This document shows positions 26,990 to 36,003 of a stretch of DNA of 36,003 bases, piece after piece. Position 1 is the first letter of the stretch, and each line of letters starts with the position of its first letter. Location: contig CAXHJY010001720.1 of the NCBI GenBank assembly GCA_964016885.1, forward strand, positions 1-36,003. Reading direction: 5' to 3'. The position numbers and the translations under genes were made by a program. Below the pieces are notes generated by a model, which had not been told where the DNA came from, made no database searches, and was given only the letters and a program-made list of their open reading frames with translations. The DNA comes from Eledone cirrhosa (Eukaryota).

Positions 26990-27480
26990 TCTGGTAACAT
27001 AGCGATCACAATAACTTGTATAGGAGTAAACTCCTTCACACTTAACCTTCCATACACACGATTCTTCATATTTAAACAATGTGTAACATATAGAACAAGA
27101 TAGTAACAGTTAGGAAATGTATTAGCAATTCTCCTTGAATATAGTATTATCTTACATATTTGTACGATATGAATGGAGGTCAGAAATATGACACCAATAA
27201 TTAACATGTCAAAATTCTGAAGAAAATCTCTGTCTTCTCTAACAGAAGATCAATTATTATCAATCAACGCAGTTGCTTTTAATATCATTGAATTTTCCTA
27301 TCAATGATTTTAATACGAGTGGCTCTCATATCCCGTATTTTCTTATCAATGAATTTAATGGCTCGTAGTTTTAATAAATTTCACTTCCTGTTTCAATATC
27401 TGTGGTATACGTTGTGAACAATCCATTCTTCTTCAATTTCAATGTTCCTATTTTTAAGTAATTGTTTCGGTCAAATCTTA
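26990..27480 (-). mobile_element. Possible highly decayed RTE/RTEX LINE C-terminal fragment
   Basis: Minus-strand peptides KLKKNGLFTTYTTDIETGSEI and CYYLVLYVTHCLNMKNRVYGRL loosely recall RTE motifs (K..LF..V...L.YGSE.W; LVLW....R..GRP) in the right order, with many stops. Confidence 0.3.
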
Positions 27481-27686
27481 TTTGGCCGAAATCTTTATGA
27501 TCTATGAATTGTATCAATTTGAATGTATTTATGTATGTCTATATGTATGTATATATATATGTATGTATATAAATGTATGTATATATGTTCTGGTTTTATT
27601 ATTTTATCAATTTCCACCAAGAGGTGGAATTTAGACAACATCAAGTAGGTAAATACGTATGTATGTCTGTATGTGATTGAGTGCGA

Positions 27687-27738
27687 GAGTGAGTGAGTGA
27701 GTGAGTGAGTGAGTGAGTGAATGAGTGAGTGAGTGAGT
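27687..27738. repeat. (GAGT)n microsatellite
   Basis: Direct observation. Confidence 0.93.
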
Positions 27739-27868
27739 GTGTGTATGGGTGGGGGGTGGGTGAGGTTGATGGAAGGTATTCTATGTGTGGTTCTGTATAT
27801 TTTGAGTTATATGTGTACACGTACATACATTTCTGTATCTATAAGTGTGTATATGCAGTTATCACATG

Positions 27869-28357
27869 TAGAATTTCTGAAATATTTTACATAATTTTAC
27901 AGTTCCATTAATGATTTGCAGTTGCGACTTCCAAACTAACCGTTCTCGTTCTGGTTCTGTGAAGCCCAGCTTCTCAAGATTTGTACTGAAGCAGTAACAT
28001 ATCCCAGAGCAACAATAATCACAATTACAAATCTAAAGGTATAGTCAGGCTGGAGTATCTGCAGATTCCTCATTAGATCAACATAAATGTTTTCCTTTTC
28101 GCTGATATTTAGCATTTTATTGCCATCGGTTCAGCAGCTGGTTTCCACTACTATGCATGCCTTCTTTTCTCTATCTCATATCACTATATCTGGCGTATTA
28201 TGTTTGTATTTTATTGGGGTTTTGACTGGAAGATTCCATTAGTACTCTTTCATATTATGTATATACCTTCCATACCACTGTAAATATATTATCCTCAGGA
28301 CTACCCTTTCTATGGACTGCATTGTATAGTGTTCTAGCTTCTACATTATACATCGTA
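27869..28357 (-). mobile_element. Decayed R4/Dong-clade non-LTR retrotransposon, restriction-enzyme-like (PD-D/ExK) endonuclease domain
   Basis: Minus translation: YNVEARTLYNAV...KEY*WNLPVKTPIKYKHNTPDIVI*DREKKACIVVETSC*TD...SEKENIYVDLMRNLQILQPDYTFRFVIVIIVALGYV...NLEKLGF. This matches the RHN..A / HNRPD / EK..KY / IIIGALG pattern, with in-frame stops and frameshifts. Confidence 0.82.
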
Positions 28358-28384
28358 GATGTGTATGTATGTATGTATGTATGT

Positions 28385-28700
28385 AATGTCAGGTCGCTCG
28401 CTAGTGCCATTGGTAACATGTAACCCAGTACAACCTGTTTCATTGTCGGGTCGTCGGTGACTAAACCGGCAACCTCACCAAGCTTGCTTGGTGAGGAGGG
28501 TGATATTTGGAAACCCTGTAGGATGAAATACAAAACCCGGCAAAGGGGCGGAGGAACTCAGCAGAGTTAACGGCTATCCAAAGAGCAATTTTTTTTTTTT
28601 CACCTGGGAGTGAAAGGCCCTCAGTTGTTGTCACAACACCTTTCTAAGATAGGGAAATTCTGAAAAAGAACCTGCAGCTTCGGAAGCATCCGATGATGTT
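28385..28700 (+). mobile_element. GC-richer structured segment, possibly a LINE (RTE-like) 5' UTR
   Basis: Abrupt GC rise after (TGTA)n. Hairpins cctcaccaagc-tt-gcttggtgagg (28473-28496) and aactc-agca-gagtt. Family assignment is from recollection only. Confidence 0.3.
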
Positions 28701-28710
28701 GACCAGTTCT

Positions 28711-28820
28711 CCTTTTCGGGTAATGTTTTCGATGTTTCCTTTTCGGGTAATGTTTTAGATGTTTCCTTTTCGGGTAATGTTTTAGATATTTCCTTTTCGG
28801 GTAATGTTTTCGATGTTTCC
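28711..28820. repeat. 27-bp minisatellite, 4 copies
   Basis: ccttttcgggtaatgtttt[c/a]gat[g/a]ttt at 28711, 28738, 28765 and 28792. Confidence 0.95.
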
Positions 28821-29080
28821 CCACTTAAAAAACCTTCAAAGCACAGGCATTGCTTGTTCAGGATATGATACAGGTTCGTGTGTCTAGCCGTAGCCTAAAG
28901 GTGCACCAAACTCTGTAATTTGACAAGCGATTGGAATCCTCTTAGCAGAGTTTGCAGCCATCAAGTATGTATGTATATTTGTATGCATGTTTGTACATTT
29001 ATGTAACATTCAGTCTCCATTTCCAATTTTGTCTATCTCTGTTTCCGATTTCTCTTTCTCCTTCCATTTATTTTATGTAC

Positions 29081-29082
<2 letters not shown>

Positions 29083-29164
<82 letters not shown>

Positions 29165-29170
29165 TATATA
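29083..29170. repeat. (TA)n microsatellite
   Basis: Direct observation. Confidence 0.96.
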
Positions 29171-29837
29171 CAAAGATCGGAATTAAAGTATTCCGCAGTT
29201 CACAGTAAAAAATTATTACATGTGAGTTTAACCGTTACTGTATGGAGAACAATACCTACAGGTTAGCAATTAAATAGAAAAAAAAACTAAGTCAGAATCA
29301 AATCTCTAAAGTAGAGTTTTAAATTACTAACCTTATAACTATAAGCTTGCTGATACGAATTTAGTTCGTTTCACCACAGAAATGTGAAAATTATCTGTTC
29401 TTATTACTGTGAACTGCGGAATACTTTAATTCCGATCTTTGTATATTTAACGAGCTCCAGATTGTTGAGCTAAGAAATTCAAATGGTTGGGCTGCCCTCT
29501 CTAGCATTTCCCCCCAATTCATGAGAGCCGTTATTTGATGCAAATAACACGTGATTTCGCCCTACTCTGGACAGCGTGTTTATTAGCTTTCTCTCTATCC
29601 ATTAGGCTAGATGTGTCGTGAACAGTACCCATACTTGCTGACTGAGGATCCTATGGGCTGTTATACCGCACATTTCTGTGGTGAAACGAACTAAATCCCT
29701 ATCAGCAAGCTTATAGTTAATTTAAAACTCTACTTCATAGATTTGATTCTGACTTAGTTTTTTTCTATTTAATTGCTAACCTGTAGGTATTGTTCTCCAT
29801 AGAGTAACGGTTAAACTCGCATGTAATAGTTTTTTAC
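29166..29837. mobile_element. Hammerhead-containing non-autonomous retroelement (Penelope pLTR / retrozyme-like) with inverted, circularly permuted partial copy
   Basis: Layout A-B-A'-C-B': 29166-29208 is the reverse complement of 29404-29446, and ~29205-29386 is the reverse complement of ~29669-29837 with several substitutions and one ~11-bp indel. Confidence 0.7.
29634..29709 (+). ncRNA. Type I hammerhead ribozyme (stem III mutated in this copy)
   Basis: Perfect 8-bp stem I CTTGCTGA/TCAGCAAG, core CTGAGGA (29642-29648), GAAAC (29683-29687). The inverted copy at 29346-29372 keeps intact stem III ACGAA-ctaaa-TTCGT and the GTA triplet. Confidence 0.75.
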
Positions 29838-29859
29838 ACACTTCTCACTGTGTAACACA

Positions 29860-29946
29860 CAGGACCCCGTCGGCTGAGCTCCGATCGTTTAGACAAAGTT
29901 CAGATCAAGCTGTGGAAACCGCCGGAGCTCAGCTGTCGGGATCCTG
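29860..29946. repeat. GC-rich inverted repeat, 24-bp arms
   Basis: caggaccccgtcggctgagctccg / cggagctcagctgtcgggatcctg, 3 differences (one is a G-U pair on +). Confidence 0.88.
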
Positions 29947-30039
29947 ACTCTTTTTCGTATTACCCACTCTACTACCCTAAGTATCGAGTACTCTGGTGCG
30001 TTATGGTCCACCTGGTTCCTTACCACACCTTCTTTGTTG

Positions 30040-30061
<22 letters not shown>

Positions 30062-30070
<9 letters not shown>

Positions 30071-30176
30071 GACGTAAAATAAGAAAATTTTAAAAATTAA
30101 AATTTAACTTACTAAATTTTAGTAAATAAGTTAACTTTTAATTTTTAAAATTTTCTTATTTTACGTCTTTCATATA
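30062..30176. repeat. AT-rich near-perfect palindrome, 41-bp perfect outer arms
   Basis: 30062-30102 is the reverse complement of 30136-30176; the inner part also pairs (ttaactta/taagttaa). Confidence 0.93.
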
Positions 30177-30280
30177 ATTGTTCTGCATCCCCCTGCATAG
30201 AACCACAAAGGTACTAAGACATAACATATATATTTGCTAGCATGGGTATACATCTATATACATATGTTGGTAGATATACT

Positions 30281-30435
<155 letters not shown>

Positions 30436-30658
30436 CAACGCTGGGTACACAAGGCTGGGTTTATAACAATGTTTAAAAAAAAACAACAACCTCAATCTCA
30501 GGAAATACTGGGACCGTGAAGTTCTCAGTAATAACTCACAGAGACTCAGTATTCAATAACAAAAAGAATGCAATATTCCTATCTACTTGACCGTATTAAG
30601 TACCTTTTTAGGGGGTGCGGGCTTAATTGTATTTAACATTGTGAAACGCCATTGATTA

Positions 30659-30794
30659 TAATATATACATACATACTTATATATATATATATATATATAT
30701 ATTACTATATATATATTATTATATATATATTACTATATATATATATATATATATTACTATATATATATATATATTACTATATATATATATATAT

Positions 30795-30878
<84 letters not shown>

Positions 30879-31196
30879 CTATATATATATATATATTACT
30901 ATATATATATATATTACTATATATATATATATTACTATATATATATATATATTACTATATATATATATATATTACTATATATATATATATATTACTATAT
31001 ATATATATATATTACTATATATATATATTACTATATATATATATATATTACTATATATATATATATATTACTATATATATATATATATTACTATATATAT
31101 ATATATATATATATATATTACTATATATATATATATATATATATATATTACTATATATATATATATATATATATATTACTATATATATATATATAT

Positions 31197-31232
<36 letters not shown>

Positions 31233-31256
31233 CTATATATATATATATATATATAT

Positions 31257-31304
<48 letters not shown>

Positions 31305-31382
31305 CTATATATATATATATATATATATATATTACTATATATATATATATATATATATATATTACTATATATATATATATAT

Positions 31383-31446
<64 letters not shown>

Positions 31447-31458
31447 CTATATATATAT

Positions 31459-31502
<44 letters not shown>

Positions 31503-31514
31503 CTATATATATAT

Positions 31515-31580
<66 letters not shown>

Positions 31581-31592
31581 CTATATATATAT

Positions 31593-31640
<48 letters not shown>

Positions 31641-31652
31641 CTATATATATAT

Positions 31653-31692
<40 letters not shown>

Positions 31693-31704
31693 CTATATAT
31701 ATAT

Positions 31705-31778
<74 letters not shown>

Positions 31779-31784
31779 GTATTA

Positions 31785-31817
<33 letters not shown>
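30659..31817. repeat. ~1.15-kb (TA)n array punctuated by TTAC
   Basis: Unit (TA)n-TTAC with variable n, several dozen iterations. Confidence 0.96.
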
Positions 31818-31820
<3 letters not shown>

Positions 31821-32387
31821 ATAACAGTTGAATTTATATCCACCTCTATTCTCAATATATGTAATATAACATCATTTGCCATCAAAGACGTTTATGTCCT
31901 TGATAGAATACTCCTATCATAATATTCGTATATGGGTTTTCTTTGTATTCTACCTCTTAATATACAAATGGAATATTGGTAAATGGCATGTGCAATCTTG
32001 TCTTGTTTTCTTTTTTCTTTTTTCATTGTTTCTTCTTTCAGATTTTTTGGGGGATTTTTTTTTACGTTCCTTCTTTTTTTAATGAAGTACAATAATATAG
32101 ATAAAAGACAATTTATGTTCGTACAGAGAATTCCACCGTTGATGTCAGTTAACCACAAGAGAACTATGTCATTGAATTAGATGAGCTTTTTACTAAGTTT
32201 TATTTCATTTGATTTTAGTTTATTTTTTATCTCATTTATTTATATATTAATTTATTTATTTATTACTTAAACAATCACATTATAAACAGGGAGAGAGAAA
32301 GAGAGAGAGAGTTAGAGAGGGGGTACTTGGTCCATGAAATATTTCCATAGCAATTTATCCGATAAAGCTTGATGCCTTTTGGATGTC

Positions 32388-32389
<2 letters not shown>

Positions 32390-32450
<61 letters not shown>
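32390..32450. repeat. (ATT)n microsatellite
   Basis: Direct observation. Confidence 0.95.
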
Positions 32451-32643
32451 GAATTCAATTCCCAACGAGGTCAACTTTACCTTTCATCCTATCGGTATGG
32501 TCGATAAAATAATGTACCAGTAATGTACTAGTGTCAATGTAATCAACATTGCTGGCTTGGCACCAAAATCAGAAACCATTATAATTATTATCATCATCTC
32601 AGTTCAAATCCCGCCTTTCATCCTTACGGGGTCGATAAAAATA
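32451..32643 (+). mobile_element. Two tandem 5'-truncated family 2 SINE fragments (32451-32590 diverged; 32597-32643 internally deleted)
   Basis: Both carry B-box remnants and cctttcatcct...gtcgataaaa body motifs. Confidence 0.8.
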
Positions 32644-33562
32644 CAAACAAATGTAATGGACTTTGAGCTCATCCCCAAAACACCAGCAAGTAGACTTCTG
32701 CTGAAAATATCATCATACTTCTATATTCTCTTATGTATCGTACCCGTATAGGGCGTGAGAATTTTCAGGAATAGGGCAACGAAGATTATTGCTAAAGAAC
32801 GCCTTCGTGTTAAGGAGACCGGATTAAGGAGACCGGATTACGACTACGGTGAAGGACCTCTCTTTTATTTTATCAATATGGTCACACTCAGCGCAGGTTC
32901 CATACACTCTGTGACCGGACTGAGGTCAGTTTGGAAGCAATGCCATTTGTTCATAGACCGCTGTTTACATAGATAGATATGTAGTCATTGATAAGATCAG
33001 AACTTCCAGAACGCAGAAACTTCCGCCCATCTTCGACAACTATAAGACGCAGTGTTGTTTTTGAAAGGCTGAAAATTTCGCTATATAGACGGCCTAGAGT
33101 CGGGGATGCTAGACGTGGGCAGTAATAAAGGTGATTCCATCAGAATGACGATCGTTTATATCCTGACTCGTTTAGGGCTGTCAGATTTCTTCAAGCTTTT
33201 AGAAACATTCTTCGGAATGTCTAACCTTAGTTAATATGGTACACGAATGTTATTTTAGACGCAATCTCTGATTATGTGGGTGCTACATATAGAAGAAGGA
33301 GAGTAATGTCCTTGTGAATTTACTCAGGCATTTCCAACTGCCTGACAGGTACCCACTGGAATTCGCCTATGTATCAGTTTGGACATGGAAAATCGGTCCG
33401 GATTAGCCAAACACCAAAAGTATTTAGTTAAGTCAGTGAGAAATGATAGACTGTTTTATAAACTATTTCAACTTGTCTGCTACACAGAATGTGCCAAACA
33501 TTGATAAACACGTCGGTACCACAATAACTAAAAAACAAAAAAAACAACATCATCAGCTACAT

Positions 33563-34090
33563 CAGAGGTTCTCAAAATGGGTTCTACCGTCCCTGGGGGG
33601 TAATTGATAAAGTCCAGGAGCGCTGGGGTCTGTGGGGGAGGACGGGGTGGTAGAGATGATATAATAGTATATTAAATCTCAAATGATTTTCTTTTTTTAT
33701 AGATACATATGTATATATATAGTAAAATAAAAAATATATATTTATTTATACATCGTATATATTATATTATTCAGTATCGGTAGAGGGTCGGACGTCATGC
33801 TTTGACGCATAGAGTTACGGCCCTTTCCATTCTGAGTTCAAATCCCGCCGAGGTCAACTTTGCCTTTCATCCTTACAGGGTCGATAAAATAAAGTACCAG
33901 TAATGTACTGGATAATTGCTGGCCTTGTGCAAAAAGTAGAAAGAATTATTCATTTATATAAATAAACGATTTTATTTATTATATATCATTTGCAATTTGT
34001 GTGTAAGCAGATCTCTCTGGAAATAGGGTTGTGGGGGCGCTGAGGGTGTTACTGTGCCGTGAGGGGGCCTTAAAAGTTTGAGAACCTCTG
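33563..34090. mobile_element. hAT-superfamily (Charlie-like) MITE
   Basis: Perfect 14-bp TIRs CAGAGGTTCTCAAA (33563-33576) / TTTGAGAACCTCTG (34077-34090) and perfect 8-bp TSD agctacat (33555-33562, 34091-34098); no transposase. Confidence 0.93.
33772..33950 (+). mobile_element. Family 2 tRNA-derived SINE nested in the MITE
   Basis: High identity to the reverse complement of 26461-26640; B box GAGTTCAAATCC; likely TSD attatt(ca). Confidence 0.92.
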
Positions 34091-35034
34091 AGCTACATCG
34101 ACGTCGGATGCTGATGCTGGTTGCACTGAGAATTGAACATTTTACGTATGCTACATTATCCCCTAAAAAAAGAAGGAAGCATCATTCACTAGTTAATTAA
34201 CCACCGAGGAAGATTACATTGATATATGGAAGTAATTAGTAAGGTAATTATACAATCTAGTGTCAAACCATGACATGCTACTTCGTGCATATTTCAAGAT
34301 GTCTTGGCTGTTTCTAACGAAATATATATTTGACGGGTAGCTGTACCCTATTTTATATTTATTAGTATTTTATTTCCTATTTTAATTAACTATGTTGATA
34401 TATTTCTTATTTAATTATTCCCTAGTAGACAATTATTTGTGTAACTTATGAGATACCGTTCCCAGAGACTCAAACACTAATGATTATAAATATTTAGTTT
34501 TCACGTGAGTGTAATCTCACGCTTAAGTGGATAATAATTATAAACACCTAGAAATTTCTTAACCATATTTTTTTCTATCCTGCACTACAATATCTTTGAT
34601 ATAATAAAACTGTTGCCTTCTCGCCCATTACAGCAATATTTGCTATTTTATTTTATATTAAGTAGACGCTTTCTATGTTGAAATCGTGAAGAATCTATAT
34701 GATTCCAGATTCAGTAAAACAGCCACATTTTGCAACATGTTTAGTGTAGTTTCATGCAACTCCCTGTGGACATTTCCGGTAATATTATCTCCATGTTTTC
34801 TCTTAAGTTATTTCCGAACGAGTTTGCAGTTTTCGCTTATCAAATATACTGCAAACCCACCACATAATTTACATTTATCATCTGATTTTTATGACAATTC
34901 GGTGATCTTATCTTTATGGAAATTGATATTTCGTTCCTAGAAATCTGTTCCTGAGCTACAAGTATCAATGAATAATTATCAGACTTTAGTTGCGACCAGG
35001 ATTTAAACACGTCATCAATTTCAGCCGTTTCCAA

Positions 35035-35073
<39 letters not shown>

Positions 35074-35168
35074 TAAACAAATAATGAATAAACAATTCCT
35101 TATATTAAACAAAAAAAGTTCATTATTTAACGATCGTTTCTAGGGTATATATGTGTTATAATTGTATC

Positions 35169-35172
<4 letters not shown>

Positions 35173-35221
<49 letters not shown>
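35173..35221. repeat. (TA)n microsatellite
   Basis: Direct observation. Confidence 0.95.
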
Positions 35222-35223
<2 letters not shown>

Positions 35224-35357
35224 TTTAAATATTATTTGGAAAAATCAGTAGAATGCCAGTCAAAATGTCTTTCGCACTTTTAGTTACGAGATTCATTCAG
35301 TCTACAATCCTTTTAAGGTGCACAAAATAACTATCGAAGCAGATGCAGCACTTCATG

Positions 35358-35461
35358 TACAGTCTTACAGACACCAAGAGACAATGCCGCTCACACGCCA
35401 GGGACAGAGAGATGGGCCTAGTGCTACAGAATAAACTCGCGTAAATCTCTTGAAAATAGTA

Positions 35462-35521
<60 letters not shown>

Positions 35522-35649
35522 AGCTGTTGCTGTTACTATTACTACTACAGTCTTACAGACACCAAGAGACAATGTCGCTCACACGCCAGGGACAGAGAGA
35601 TGGGCCTAGTGCTACAGAATAAACTCGCGTAAATCTCTTGAAAATAGTA

Positions 35650-35709
<60 letters not shown>

Positions 35710-35858
35710 AGCTGTTGCTGTTACTATTACTACTACAGTCTTACAGACACCAAGAGACAATGTCGCTCACACGCCAGGGACAGAGAGATGGGCCTAGTGC
35801 TACAGAATAAACTCGCGTAAATCTCTTGAAAATAGCATACTACTACTACTACTACCAT

Positions 35859-35912
<54 letters not shown>

Positions 35913-35935
35913 AGCTGTTGCTGCTACTATTACTA
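35358..35935. repeat. 188-bp tandem repeat, 3 copies, each containing a (TAC)n tract
   Basis: tacagtcttacagacaccaagagac... starts at 35358, 35546 and 35734; the copies are nearly identical. Confidence 0.96.
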
Positions 35936-36003
35936 CTGCTGCTGCTGCTACTACTCCTATTACTAGCAAAGTGTTAGCTACCCAGCAATATGAGACGAGA
36001 CAT

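Noticed and set aside
28440-28590. HDV-like ribozyme in the putative LINE 5' UTR
   Set aside because: Hairpins exist, but I could not assemble the P1/P2/P3/L3 nested double pseudoknot.
28621-28824. Basic repeat peptide (KHYPKRKH)n resembling a protamine or antimicrobial peptide
   Set aside because: It is the translation of the 27-bp minisatellite with a GTG start and no gene context.
30652-31818. 388-aa Tyr/Ile ORF
   Set aside because: Translation of the (TA)n-TTAC array.
32700-33500. Moderately GC-rich segment with short ORFs and a 14-bp duplication (ttaaggagaccgga)
   Set aside because: No recognisable protein motif in any frame. It is probably old TE debris but cannot be assigned.
35245-35305. 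Minus-strand CTGAATGA...GAAA hammerhead-like motif
   Set aside because: The core has an extra base and there is no valid stem III or NUH triplet.

Overview
AT-rich, repeat-dominated eukaryotic DNA with no securely identifiable host gene. The tRNA-derived SINEs, the R4/Dong remnant and the microsatellite load resemble octopod cephalopod genomes (from memory, not a search). The window is dominated by a ~16.1-kb compound trinucleotide minisatellite (5950-22075; unit ~36-45 nt, ACC-ATC-AAA-ACC-ATC-(ACC)n-(AAC)n-ACA-ACC) with almost no G on the + strand. It is either a non-coding satellite or a giant mucin/extensin-like exon. It is followed by a ~160-bp-period purine-rich minisatellite. The flanks hold many microsatellites, two SINE families, a hAT-type MITE with a nested SINE, and a decayed R4/Dong REL-endonuclease fragment. 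The least obvious signal is a set of type I hammerhead-ribozyme-like motifs (best at 1313-1380 minus and 29634-29709 plus) next to inverted duplications. One sits in a ~430-nt unit whose inverted partner reads across the end-to-start junction, as expected for a tandem or circular (Penelope pLTR / retrozyme-type) template. Nearly all ORFs in the supplied track are by-products of low-complexity sequence.
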